Made by a program: the position numbers and the translations under genes | Shown here: piece after piece, positions 49,101-63,100 of the stretch | How the letters are laid out: each line of letters begins with the position of its first letter | How positions within the stretch are numbered: the first letter of the stretch is position 1 | Assembly: GCA_051362555.1 (NCBI GenBank) | Contig: CM120641.1 | Location: 38,012,401-38,076,400, forward strand | Reading direction: 5' to 3' | Source of the DNA: Lingula anatina | Lineage: Eukaryota; Animalia; Brachiopoda | DNA length: 64,000 bases | Notes under the pieces: model-generated | Database searches by the model: none | Seen by the model: only the letters and a program-made list of their open reading frames with translations | What the model was told of the DNA's origin: nothing

Positions 49101-51380
49101 GTCAAGGACTTATTTTAGCAGGTGGCATACCTATTTTGGCAGCTTGTTTCCTATGACAAAACACCAAAAATATATGACCTGCTAACTTGAACCAAGAAGT
49201 AAAACTGATCTAACAATAAATCATGGCCACATTTTACAAATATGTTAAATAACTGGGGCCTACCGTGACAGAATATACATATATAAGTAAGCTGTTGTCA
49301 AGGACTTATTTTAGCAGGTGGCATACCTATTTTGGCAGCTTGTTTCCTATGACAAAACACCAAAAATATATGACCTGCTAACTTGAACCAAGAAGTAAAA
49401 CTGATCTAACAATAAATCATGGCCACATTTTACAAATATATTAAATAACTGGGGCCTACCGTGACAGAATATACATATATAAGTTAACTGTTGTCAAGGA
49501 CTTATTTTAGCAGGTGGCATACCTATTTTGGCAGCTTGTTTCCTATGACAAAACACCAAAAAAATATGACCTGCTAACTTGAACCAAGAAGTAAAACTGA
49601 TCTAACAATAAATCATGGCCACATTTTACAAATATATTAAATAACTGGGGCCTACCGTGACAGAATATACATATATAAGTTAACTGTTGTCAAGGACTTA
49701 TTTTAGCAGGTGGCATACCTATTTTGGCAGCTTGTTTCCTATGACAAAACACCAAAAATATATGACCTGCTAACTTGAACCAAGAAGTAAAACTGATCTA
49801 ACAATAAATCATGGCCACATTTTACAAATATGTTAAATAACTGGGGCCTACCGTGACAGAATATACATATATAAGTAAGCTGTTGTCAAGGACTTATTTT
49901 AGCAGGTGGCATACCTATTTTGGCAGCTTGTTTCCTATGACAAAACACCAAAAATATATGACCTGCTAACTTGAACCAAGAAGTAAAACTGATCTAACAA
50001 TAAATCATGGCCACATTTTACAAATATATTAAATAACTGGGGCCTACCGTGACAGAATATACATATATAAGTTAACTGTTGTCAAGGACTTATTTTAGCA
50101 GGTGGCATACCTATTTTGGCAGCTTGTTTCCTATGACAAAACACCAAAAATATATGACCTGCTAACTTGAACCAAGAAGTAAAACTGATCTAACAATAAA
50201 TCATGGCCACATTTTACAAATATATTAAATAACTGGGGCCTACCTTGACAGAATATACATATATAAGTTAACTGTTGTCAAGGACTTATTTTAGCAGGTG
50301 GCATACCTATTTTGGCAGCTTGTTTCCTATGACAAAACACCAAAAATATATGACCTGCTAACTTGAACCAAGAAGTAAAACTGATCTAACAATAAATCAT
50401 GGCCACATTTTACAAATAAATTAAATAACTGGGGCCTACCGTGACAGAATATACATATATAAGTAAGCTGTTGTCAAGGACTTATTTTAGCAGGTGGCAT
50501 ACCTATTTTGGCAGCTTGTTTCCTATGACAAAACACCAAAAATATATGACCTGCTAACTTGAACCAAGAAGTAAAACTGATCTAACAATAAATCATGGCT
50601 CCATTTTACAAATATATTAAATAACTGGGGCCTACCGTGACAGAATATACATATATAAGTAAGCTGTTGTCAAGGACTTATTTTAGCAGGTGGCATACCT
50701 ATTTTGGCAGCTTGTTTCCTATGACAAAACACCAAAAATATATGACCTGCTAACTTGAACCAAGAAGTAAAACTGATCTAACAATAAATCATGGCCACAT
50801 TTTACAAATATGTTAAATAACTGGGGCCTACCGTGACAGAATATACATATATAAGTAAGCTGTTGTCAAGGACTTATTTTAGCAGGTGGCATACCTATTT
50901 TGGCAGCTTGTTTCCTATGACAAAACACCAAAAATATATGACCTGCTAACTTGAACCAAGAAGTAAAACTGATCTAACAATAAATCATGGCCACATTTTA
51001 CAAATATATTAAATAACTGGGGCCTACCGTGACAGAATATACATATATAAGTTAACTGTTGTCAAGGACTTATTTTAGCAGGTGGCATACCTATTTTGGC
51101 AGCTTGTTTCCTATGACAAAACACCAAAAATATATGACCTGCTAACTTGAACCAAGAAGTAAAACTGATCTAACAATAAATCATGGCCACATTTTACAAA
51201 TATATTAAATAACTGGGGCCTACCGTGACAGAATATACATATATAAGTAAGCTGTTGTCAAGGACTTATTTTAGCAGTTGGCATACCTATTTTGGCAGCT
51301 TTTTTCCTATGAGAAATCACCAAAAATATATGACCTGCTAACTTGAACCAAGTAGTAAAACTGATCCGCAATAGGTCATG
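46152..51380. repeat. Satellite-like tandem array of a 196-bp monomer, 26 full copies plus a diverged partial copy
   Basis: The monomer start recurs every 196 bp from 46152 to 51248 (5096 = 26 x 196); copies differ only at a handful of recurrent sites. Confidence 0.98.
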
Positions 51381-51649
51381 TCAATATTTTATGTTTATTA
51401 CCTTTTGGGTGACCAAAAATTCCACCTTTATCTTGAAGATCGAATCAAAGGCTTGATATATGCGGTTAAGCAATTCCTGCATTATAAATCTTATTACTAA
51501 GAAAAAGACACTATATAATCATTCAAAATATAAACCTACACATTATCTTCCTTCGTTGTGATTGATTTAGTAAAGTGTCATATCGATAAACATACAGTTT
51601 CACTAAAAAGAAAACATGCCCAAAGATCGTCAGTGCGGAGCTGTCAACG

Positions 51650-51750
51650 ACGTACTAATTTTCGCAGCGTACCTATTTTGGCAGCTATAGTGCCAAATAG
51701 TGCGGCGCGTACCTATTTTGGCAGCGTACCTATTTTGGCACAACACCGCA
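51650..51750. mobile_element. Probable transposon terminus with sub-terminal repeats shared with the satellite
   Basis: gtacctattttggca occurs three times (~51669, 51709, 51726) before ...ggcacaacaccg; tacctattttggcagc is present once in each 196-bp monomer. Confidence 0.55.
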
Positions 51751-53831
51751 ACCAACCCTAAACATTAGCTCTGCACCAAATGTTTATAATCTCCAATCCA
51801 AATCCAGAGGGTGTGCAAAAAACATTCAATTAATATTTTTCTTCTTTGGTTTCCTACACATTATTATTTGGTTTTTATGAGATAGTGAAAGTAATGTTAA
51901 AATTTACCAGTAGCGCAATGGTCATGCCGATTAAATCCGTGACCCGAAGTCCTCTGTGTTGACACAGCGCCATATTGGATCGCCTGCTAGAGTCCACACT
52001 CTGTGCACGAGAAGCAGATTTTCGATTTATTCTTCCTCCAAAGATGGTAGAATTAGGCAAGGGGCCCTTTCAAGAAGAAATAGACAATTCACTATTTATA
52101 ATTCCTGGAATTATAATTGTACTTTTAGTAGGTAGGTAGAAAACAATTTATGATTCCTGGCACAGGTTACCGGCCGGCGTCTGTGCGGCATCAGTTGACC
52201 ACCTGCCACGTTTCATACGATCAATTCCGTTTGTTTTCTAAGTTACTATTACATTCAGTTAGCTCATTACTTCTTTTTTTATTTTAGATACGTTCACATG
52301 AAATTGTACGCCAAAAAATCAATTGTAGCTTTAGAAAATGTCATTCATAAAGGGTTAACAAAAGCTGTTGTATTAATATAGTATATGGTCTTTGATTTTG
52401 AAGTTACGTTCATTATTATTCATTGATGAATGTGTTGCAAAATAGTGCCTCCAGCAGAACAAAATTCCAGTCTTACCTTCCTTAAGTGACCAGAAAAAGT
52501 TAAATACAGAAATCACAAATATCACTTTAATTATTTACCAGCTTTATTATTTCTCCTTAAAGAAGATGATACTAGCTGGCTTATTAGTAATATTACTAGA
52601 CAATGCACATCTTTTTGATCATACATATTTGGGTCATTTAGGCTCTTGTTTTCTTTTTTCCTCAAGAATAATTCTTTTTTTGACTTGGTAAAAAAATTAG
52701 TTAATGTTCTCCGCCATTTACATGTTTGCTGTTTTAATGCAAGTAGAAAATTTAAAGTACTAGAATTACTAATTTTAAACTTTTACATATTTTATATTTC
52801 ACTGTAGATAACTGGTAAATGGTGTTATTTGAAATCAAGGGGATGTGTTTTACTTTGTTCAAGACGAGTGATATATTCTGTCAGGGTAGATAGTTGATTT
52901 GCGATATGATTTTTATAGACGTGACCTGATGAAGTACAATTTTTCATATAACTTATGATCTGGTTAAGTAGAGTATGGTCTTAATGATTTTCAACCCTTT
53001 TCGTTATTTACCTCTGTTCTATTTATGAACTGTTTGATATCTTTTAAAGTCACCAGTGTCCTAGTAGTACAGTGTTAAACCACAGTATAAAATACTAAAA
53101 TGAAATGTATGGTACTTTTATTTAATGTTGTTTATTAATTTAAAAACACAAAGAGAAGAAAAAATAAGGGGATGTGCAGGAAGTAGACATTCCTAAGTTA
53201 GATATAAGATATGAATATCTTTAAAAGCCCTTATGTTGGACCTTGTTATCTATGAATTTCAAATTTCAAGATGTCTGAAAAGAAAGAGCCATGTTTAACC
53301 CATATCAGTTGTTAATGTTGTCATGACTACATGCATACAATATGGAATCCTAACTTACATTGCTGATAGCACTTTAACATGAAAAAAATAGATAATATAG
53401 TAAGTGTGCTCAGCATGTAATTGGACCATGTTTGAATGAGTTTTAAGATTTTATGCGCTGAAGATTTGGTGTAAGAGAATTAAATCAGAAGTTCTTAAAT
53501 TCTTTTTCTTTATTACACTTTTTAAAAATTTAATTTAATATTTAATTTCTAGAAACAGTTAAAACCAAAAAGCTTTCTTTTTCGCTAAAAAGTGCCACTG
53601 TAGCAGGACACATGGTCTTGTGAATAGGGCCCCCATTATGTTACCCTCGTATTAGATTAGCAATTTGCATGCTCACTGTGCTCTGTGTGATAATGACATA
53701 TGGATAGGTAGTTCATAGCCAGGAAAGCTACCTACGTGTACTCTAGTTGCCATTCAGGAAGCTAGCCATATGGAAGCTTGATAGAAGCTTTTTAAGAAAA
53801 AGTTGTTGCTTAATTAGAAATAGATTAAAAG

Positions 53832-54885
53832 ATGGAGGAAGAACAGATACCTCAAGAGCCTGATAGTGTAACAGTGGAACAGATAGGCAGTGGATACAGT
53901 ACATGGTTATTTGTTCTTTTGATTTTGATCCCTGGTTCAGTAATAGGTAGGCATATTTTTTACCTTTGCTGTTGGCCTCCAAGTAGGCACGGTTATCTTA
54001 GCTGATCTTAGGGCATTGCCTATTAGTTGTCCAAATGGTGGTTAAAATGGAATATACATGATAGTCAGTCATCTTCATTCTGCTGTACATAGAAGTGCAA
54101 TTGCTTTATCACAACATTCATAGAATTTATAATTATGTGTAGTAACAATACAGCAAATCTCTTTAAATATCTGGATAATGGTTTCAGATATTGTTCCTTT
54201 AAGACCTTTATCTGATTTTCATTAAAATTAAGTAAAGATTTTAAGGTATAATTGTGTGCTTACTGTTGCAGATTGCCCTTTTGAAGTCTTTTTGATATAA
54301 ACTTTACAAAACCTGAGAGATGCCCTATTATAATTTGTTCTATTTCCATATTGAATATTGTTTTGTCTGGATGTGTTCCGAATACTTCAGTTGCTATATA
54401 TGCTTTTGATCAAATTCTGTCTCTTTGATGAATGTGTACAGTCAACTAAATAAAGAACAAGTGTTCTTGATTATACAAATGAAGAATTGGCATTTTTAAT
54501 TATGCAAATGAAGAATAAATGTTTTTAATCATGCATTGAAATGAAATGAATATTACTTTAAGAACAGTTTTAGTAGATAGAGGAGGTAAATAACCTGCTT
54601 ACTTTAAATATTTTGAACCATAGTCTGGTTATCTAGATGTATGTAAAAAATTTTGAAATAATTTTTTGAAATGAAATGAAAATATAAGACACTGAATTTA
54701 AACATCTTTTATGTACCGAAAACTGATTATGTGAGTAACTGTAGTTTTATTGTTTTATTTTAGGATTTTTCTCTTACAAGCTTGTGAAGAGCTTACGAGA
54801 TAAAGAAAGACAGAAGGATGAGAAGAAGAAATTAAAACAACAAAGAAAAGAAAAAGAACTATCAAAGAAGCAGAAGAAGAAATAG
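53832..54885 (+). CDS. 78-aa single-pass membrane microprotein with a basic coiled C-terminus (SMIM-like architecture)
   Basis: Exons 53832-53946 and 54764-54885 join in frame (115+122 nt): MEEEQIPQEPDSVTVEQIGSGYSTWLFVLLILIPGSVIGFFSYKLVKSLRDKERQKDEKKKLKQQRKEKELSKKQKKK. Good start context (aagATGg), in-frame upstream stop, GT/AG sites, aataaa at ~55374 and ~55442, CpG/YY1-like promoter patch at ~51900-52230. Confidence 0.75.
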
Positions 54886-56547
54886 ATCTGAAAAACAAAA
54901 TATTAAAAGAATGACTATTTTATTAAATTATTTTCACTGTGCTGTATTGGACAAGCCAATTTTAGACAAAGTTTTAGGAAAGGATAATGGAATTAGTTGA
55001 CACAGGACAAACTTATCTGTAAAAGGTGATTCTAGTGTACTGAACTTCTTCAACATTTCGGCTGCCAAACAAGGAAATCCAAAACCCACACTGGAAATGT
55101 TCTTTAGGACAATGCGGGCACCATGCAATATTTTGCCATATATCTTGATAAGTATGCTTCATATGCTTACTACTATTACTTAGTTACCCAAAAACAAGCT
55201 GAACTTTGATGTTCAAGATTTCCACTTCATTGAAGTAACAGAACCCTTGCTGTATCTTGGATTTATTCAAGAGGGAAAAGTCAGAAGAAACATGCCGAAG
55301 AGATAACAATCAGAAATGCTGCCTTATGACCAGATCTGTACGTTCTACACCTCTCACGTAGAAACAGATTCTAAATAAAGCCTAGGATTATTGGTTTTGT
55401 CCACTCCTATGGTACATACCTATTTTGAAAGCAACGTTTACAATAAATAACATGCAAGAATTCAATGAATACCTCCACAGACACCAAAGTGGAAGCATAA
55501 CAGATTGAATTCCTGCTGAACATAAACTGATAAGCAAATGTGTTTCTATTGACTTTATTTAGTGTATTTCAAACGAATTAGATATTTTTTATTGAAAAAA
55601 TAATATCATTCCAGTGTCATTGCTATGTTAATGGTCACATGATGTGCTTTTGAGTACGTGATGCTTAATTGTTAATTACTATGATGTGAGCCTTTTCTAA
55701 CAGTTGTAAGTGGTAGGGAAATTTTTTGAAAGTAAATTTTGACCATTCATTAACTTATTTTCAGGTTCATATCACATAATACACAGATTTTATTCAATGG
55801 GCTTTTAATTTCAGTATTAGTGATGGATAGAGATAGAATGCAATTTTACCGAAACAGTAGTTAGATGGGATAAGGGTGTGAAAAACATTCAGTTGCTTTG
55901 TTAGTTGAAATCATGTCTCAACATTATACAAATTAAATTTATAAATATATATATTTCTGTGACAAATGTAGTGATAAATGCACAAAGAATTGGACATTTT
56001 ATCAGATCTTTAATTCAATAATTTTGTTTATAAAAATATAGTAACAACAGCCCAGTACAAGGTTCAGCAGGTCAAGAAAAGAGGTGTTAGTGATATTTAT
56101 CTTCTGAAATTTAAAAATTTGCTTCACAAATTTTTCGATTGAGTTGTGTGAAAATTTTAAACATGCATATTAATCTTCACCATTCTGGATTTTCTTGCTT
56201 TGAAGACAAATGTTACAATGGAACATGCAATTTTCTTTTGATTTGTGGGGAATTTATAAACAGGTGAAGAAAATAACTCATTTGTGACAAAAATTAACAC
56301 GTTAGGCTAAATAAATTTAGAATGACAGTAATGAATTAAAGAATGACTTTATCCACCAGATAGCTTGTTTTAAGAAACTTGCTTAGATTACAGAATTTAT
56401 AACATAAGTGCTTCCTGCATTTCTACCAAGACACAAGTGTATTTCAAGGGATCAGTAATGTACTTAGAGAATTATTTTATATTGAGTGTCAGTAAATAAA
56501 ATATAAATTATTTCATCTATAAGACCATATATTTTTCTTCTCTCAGT

Positions 56548-56940
56548 CCATGCAAACCTCAATGGCCTTATGGTCAGTGTCTGCCTCCAAAGCAGGAGTA
56601 GATGGGTTCCACCTTGTTTAGAGACGTACCAGTGAGTCTTTCATAAAACTGTACCTGTTGTCTCTTGGTTTGGCACTCCTCACTTTAGGGTTGAAGCAAA
56701 GGTAAAAAAGATTTTTCATTGGCTAGATTTCAGCACCTCATATAGCAGCTAGGACACATGGACTGGATTAGGACCAAAACTGACCAGGTATTGAGGTGTC
56801 CAATGTAAAATGTGCTGAGATGCATGGGTAGTGCAATGTATTAGAACTTAACTTTCTCTTTTATGTATGACTGTATAAACACGACTGATGACCATGTGAA
56901 AGACATTCACTGATTGAAAAAGAAGCCAACTCTTGAAACA
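56548..56940 (+). mobile_element. Decayed tRNA-derived SINE
   Basis: A-box-like tggccttatggtcag and B-box-like gggttcca, followed by a body resembling invertebrate SINE cores; no intact tRNA cloverleaf. Confidence 0.5.
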
Positions 56941-56987
56941 TCATTTTCATTAATACTGTTTATTATTCCACGATCCAACAATTAACA

Positions 56988-57155
56988 CAGGAGCGGATCC
57001 AGAGCTATTTTCTGACAGTCTTCCAAATTATCTTTATTGATCTATCCTCCAATTTTGACCGTCTTCCAACAGAAAAAATAAGATACCTTTTAATGTAAAC
57101 TTGAAAATCTGACCGTCTTCTGGAAGACCCAGAAGACGGCCTAAATCCGCCCCTG
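56988..57155. mobile_element. CAGGGGCGGAT-type MITE, copy 2 (inverted)
   Basis: Reverse complement of 35124-35290; aaca on both flanks. Confidence 0.8.
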
Positions 57156-59218
57156 AACATTTTTGTTCTTTTTTAACTGTAAACCACAAAAAATCCACTT
57201 CTAATACTATGAATTCCAAGTGGTTGGTGTCATTAAGGATGCCAAAACATCTTTTAATTTGTTGTGAGAAATAAACCATTATGCATAAAATGTCCAAATT
57301 TAAATAAGACTGAAAAGTTAATGGATATCTTAAACTAGACTGCATGCAGTTGGATCCATAAATTATTGAAAGCTACAGAGGCAAATTTTGCAGCAACAAG
57401 GGATCACCTGAGAACATAAAACCAGTTTGTCAACACTATTTGACATCATACGAGACTAAAAAACCTGAAATTCCATGCGAGCAGTAAGGGCATTGAGCCA
57501 TTTAAGAAAGAAATACAAAAGTGACACAGGAAATATTGCACACTGTTGTGCAATAGGCTGTTATTGTGCAACACTTCAAAGAAAACAACTGGAAAAATAT
57601 CTGTGGTTAAACCGTTTTCTTCCCAGTTGCACACAGCTAGTCTGCCATCATTTCCGACCCCCACTCTCCTCAAAATCTGACTAACAGTAGATCATAGCCA
57701 GGGGTTTCATGGTACACGCACGGGCTGAAAATTGATGATGTTGTATACTTTTCCCAGAAAAAAGAACAATTGCCTTACAAGCTCCACTCTTTCAGAAAAA
57801 AGACCCCCTTTTGAAATTGCTGGCTTGGGGCCCCCGAGATCTCGTGCTTATTTGGGCTGTCTCAGATGATCCCCATTGTTCGTTTTTTTTTTTTTTTATG
57901 GGTAAAATAAGATTAAAAATTATCTACATTATATGCCTTTACAATATCTTGAATGAAAAGAAAGGCAAAGTTGACACATTAAGGTTAACAATATCAAAAA
58001 CATGATTGAAAGATGAATTATTAATGTATTTTTGTGCTTAAAATTTGCCACCTTAACCTTTAAAAGACTCGTACACTTTCCACCAGTCTTTTGAGAAGAC
58101 TATTTTGAAAGCAAACTAGACACATACTGACATAATGATAGTTTATCTCATGACAGGAGCTTCAAAACAATACAATAATTGAAGTAGCATTTGCTTACAA
58201 TAGATCTTCAATTGCATGTATTTTATATTGCTTCAATGTGTTCCATACTTCCATGCATGCAATTTTGTCCAAATACTGGTAAGCATACATTTATCATAAA
58301 AGAATTACAAGTACATTTATCATAACGATGGAAGCACAAGCCATCAGTTACAAGACAACTCATACTGTAACTAATACATACATCAATCTCTAAACTTTAA
58401 ATGCAAGTTGTTTTATCCAAACTTCATTGAGGTTGTTAAATGCCTCAAATTAATATCATGGAATGGATTCACGCATGTTTTGATTACCAATAAACCATAA
58501 TTCAATGATACTGTGTAGATCTTTTACAATGTCCATAACATACGTAAAATAGGCGTCGAATAATAATATTGAAAATGTGTTGCATTGTGCTAAGTTTGTC
58601 ACTTTTTAAAATCCACAAAAAGGTGGCAATACACTTGAAAGTAAAAACTTAGACAAATAAAACATTTTATTTCTCAGTGAAATCAAACTTCTTTCAGCTA
58701 TTAATAGCCTATTATTGTAAAACAACATAAAAGTAGGAATAGTTTGAATAGTATAATGCTTAACAATGATCCTTCTTTTGTAGTCAATAAAAGGAAATAA
58801 AAACTTACATTCACAATTAAATCTATAAACATATTGCATATGCTAGTAATTCATAGAGCAAACTGTACCAGTGGAATTTTTTTTTTTTTTAAGGAATCAT
58901 ATCAGATGAATTTTTATACTATTTAAAAATCCATACTTTCAGAATATTTGCAACCTTAACTAAGGTCACCATTGCATTGCATGGCTTTGCATGTAAATTC
59001 ATGCATATTTCATAAGTATATAGAATAATCCCATTGTTTCTAAAGTAATCACAAATAATTTCATAGATAACAGTAACTTTCTCATTAATACTGCTCAAAG
59101 TGCACAAAGGCACAACAAAAATGTAATGCTTTGTAAATTTTGGTTCTTCAATCAGAACAGTCTTAAAAGCTACAAACAAACAGAAAAAGGAATAAAGGAA
59201 TACACAAACAAGCTATGA

Positions 59219-59390
59219 GGCAGAATATGGTCAATTCAGCCTGAGGTATGTTTAGGAGACTAGGAATGGTTCATACTGTTGTGTATTTCACTGGTCAGTA
59301 ACAATGGAACACTCAAACTAACAGGCAGAATTTGGTAAATTCAGTCTGAAGTCTGTTTAAGAGACTACAGGACTGTAGGAATGGTTGAGA
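59219..59390. repeat. Diverged ~105-bp tandem duplication downstream of the CPT1 stop
   Basis: ggcagaat.tggt.aattcag.ctga occurs twice; a third fragment (ctaggaatggttcatac...tggtcagtaacaatg) lies at ~59820-59878. Confidence 0.6.
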
Positions 59391-60138
59391 AATATGTATA
59401 ACTCTGAGAGTGGAACTTACATTTAGCAAATAACCGATGTTGTGGTCTCAACCTACTGAGACCTTTCACTATATAAATGCCTTGGATGGACTGGTCACAT
59501 GATCTGTCATACAGCTAACGTGGCATCAATAAAGCTATTTGGGCACGGATGGAAAATCCAACATTTAAGAAGAAAGGAGGCCTCAGGTTTAAGCTCTCGC
59601 ACATATGGGATGGGGCTCTGGAAACTATTCCTAGCCTATGGCAATAGATCAAGTGACCAGTCCATCCATGCAAGAAGTTATAATGAGATTATTATAACTT
59701 CTTGATCCATGTCTCATGTAGATACCGCAACATTGGCCAGATGCTAAATGCAAGTCCAAGTATCACAGTAACACATATTTCTCCTTCTTATTCCACTGGA
59801 TGACTAATAACATTCACTCACTAGGAATGGTTCATACCACTGCCTATTTGAATGGTCAGTAACAATGCGCACTCAAAATTTTGCAAGAATTAATCTCATA
59901 TCACAGCTGGTTTTTATCTTTTTAAGTGTTGTTCACTGTATAACATTTCATAATTATTAATATTATTTTGATGCCACTAAAACTTGGTGACTTGAACACA
60001 TATATACTGCTTTTTTAATTATGCTATGTTGCAATACTGTGTAGGCAAGAAAATCATAATTATACGTTACAGTCGGGTTTTAATAAAATTTGAATAAAAA
60101 TATCACTTAGTTTAATTCTGTCCTCTTGAAAAAAAAAA

Positions 60139-63100
60139 TTAGATATGCTCCTCAATCAGCTTCCCCATATCAGCCAGCGCCTCAAAGAGAATTCCTGTGA
60201 ACCTTTTAGCATCTGTCTTTGGGCAAGATTTCTTTGCAGAAATGTGGAAAAACATCTTCGATTCTGCTGGTATCATGTAGGACACACCATAGCCTTCATC
60301 TGACACAGGACCAAAGCCACCCCCTGGGGACAACTGAATAAAAAAGATTATACTATAATTAAGAAATGTGACTGCTATACATAACTACGTAGTACAATGA
60401 ATGCTATTCATAACTTACAGGTAAATTGAGATAAATACAGATAAATCAACTAAGTAGCCACATGTTTAATTTTTTTTTTAAATCCTGTGCAATGACATTC
60501 TAATATATATATATATACATCAAAAGCATACAACATAGCTGTTTAACGTTGAATAAAAAAAAATTCTTTAGGTTACCATGGAGAGATAAGGCTCATGGTT
60601 GGCATCTGGGGAGGTGGCTATTTGCTGTTGGGGCTGCTGACTAGTAGATAAGGTCCAAGGTTCTGTGAGAACACTCTTCAAAAATTCACTTTCCTACAAA
60701 GTTGTTAATTTAGACCCTGAGTATACACAAAACGAGACCAAGCCTTTTATTAATTGTAATTTGAATTATAATATTACTATAGACCAGAGATTAATTGAGC
60801 TAATTTCACTGCTTTATCAACAGTCTTCTTTTAAAACTCAAATATCTTAAATAGTTGAGAGAAATATAGTACAGGTGACCAATACATAATAGTAGAACTG
60901 TTTATACAAATGTAAAATAGCCCAATGTTAATGATTTTTACACCTGAAGGACACAAAGCAGTCATGAAATGTCCATGAGTACTTACATATCCCAACCCTT
61001 TACACAGCACATACAGGGCAAACAGGTGCCTGTCACACCCCTTGCCATTCATAGCATCTCTATACATCTGCTGGTGTCTGTCACAAGCTACTCTCAACAG
61101 AGATATCTTTTCCTCATTAGTCACATTATTCTGGGACATGGCTCTAGAAGATTCAAAGTAAATGTTAAGAAAAGAGCGTTTAACTCCAAGAAGAGGTTTT
61201 TAAATTTTTTATAATATATGTCATATGGCATACAGGTTGACAAACTTCAAATTCACCCATAGAATAAAATTGTCTTTTAAAATTTCAGGCTTGGGTAACT
61301 TAGGTCTAAAAACTACAAAAATAAACTCAATCATCACTTTACTGCAAAGTATCGTAAAAGTCTGTTACATCAGTCAGTGCCAAAAACAAAGCTACAGTAC
61401 ATGGCACATGGAGACAGCAGGTTCTAAGAATGTACTGGCCCAGAGCAGAAACAGTGGCCACTAAGTAAACAAATTAACAAAATTTCACTTGCCAAGCTTC
61501 AATATTCCTGGAAATTGTCATGTGAGCCAGCGCTAACATCACAGCATGCTACATTACAGCAACACCCAGGTTGAGCACTTCAGCATTATCTTTCAGTGTA
61601 AATTTCTCAGAAAGAGTAATCAAATCTCTCTAACAACTATGCCATAATTTCTTAAAGTACTTACTTGACAAAGGCCACAGTCTCTTTAGTCAGGGACCTA
61701 ACGGTCTCAGTCCTGCCTTCAAGATAAAGCCTGGTCATAGAAGACTCATAGGTCAATGCACACTGACCATTGCTGTCCCTATAGTAGGCAAGCTGAATGG
61801 CCAGCTGTACAAAGGCATCTGGACTGACCTAGAATACAACAACGATATTATATATAAGATATATATTAGATATTATATTATACTATATAAACTGTGCATC
61901 AATATTATTGCTCTCTAGTAATATTATGAATATGAATATGCTTACAACCATTTTTTAAAACAACAATCTCCTCTCACATTGTTTTAAATATCAATCAATT
62001 GATGCATCTTGGACTGGAATAACTAAAAGCAGAAAAAGTCGGGCAGATGTCATTAAACAATCAGATAACATTGCAACCCCCTCCCTTTTACGTCTTTGAC
62101 ATTTAAGTCCACAGAGGTAATACAATTATCTGGTGATATCAGTGAAACAGCATCTGGTTTAAGCTATTCTAAGCATGAAAGTTGTTCTGTACTGTGAAGA
62201 CAAAAACTCTAAACGTCATTAGAAACAGGAGCAGATATACTACAGTACAAAAAGAGAGAATGCCCTGCATTTCTTGGAAAATCCAGCAATTTATTGAATT
62301 CATACATAAAAAAAGGAGCAAGGGCTTTATAAGCAGGACAATACCTATCCATGTACTAGGTTGCATTCACAATGAAGCTATCATACTTGATATGGATACT
62401 CTTGCTGAATGCAATCACATTAACAGATCAACACCCCTTCTCTTGTTTCCAATGCACTTGTTGATCACCAGCTTTTCTGTATTCTACTCATTGCCAGGAC
62501 AAAGCATGTTAATATCTTAATCTGATTGCATTCAGCAAGAGTCCCCACAAAGTTAGTTTGAACTATCAAGTATGATAGTTTCAATGTGAACACACCCTTA
62601 AACCGCTTGCAGAGAAATGGGCAACCATGTACCTTGAATTTTTTGATCGCCCCTTTTCCAAATGCTTGATGATCTCTTACACACAGATCCAGGTCTTCAT
62701 TGTTCTGAAATTGAAGTAATATTTATTTGTCAATACAAAAAAAAAAAAAAAATGGTCTCAATGAGCAGCCTTGACCCTATATATATTACACACACTTCTT
62801 TTGATTACTATATTTTATAGAACTAAATTCTTATTATTATTTTCTTGACTATAAAACCACCACCACCGCCACTGCCACCACCACCACTACCACTATTACT
62901 ACAACTACTACTACTACTACAACTAGTACTACTACTAATAATAATAATAATATCAATTTTTGTGTATATCTATCTAAAATTCCTTTAAGACTTACTCATC
63001 AGTTACTACCACTATGGGTTATGAGTTATTGCTTTGAGACAAATCACGTGAAACATAAAATGGTACCTTTTGGTTAAAGGAGATAGCCCTGTCAATGTTG

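Noticed and set aside
46152-51380. Array as CRISPR or a tandem RNA gene cluster (5S, tRNA, SL, snRNA)
   Set aside because: No unique spacers; no recognisable Pol III boxes, 5S/tRNA/snRNA sequence or long ORF in the monomer.
52420-52930. Possible C/D snoRNAs (ccttcctt resembling the U14 guide; ttcaagacg resembling a 28S guide)
   Set aside because: Complementarity is short or mismatched and not correctly placed before a CTGA D box with a terminal stem.
56555-56630. tRNA gene
   Set aside because: A/B boxes are degenerate, no cloverleaf forms, and the sequence continues into a SINE-like body.
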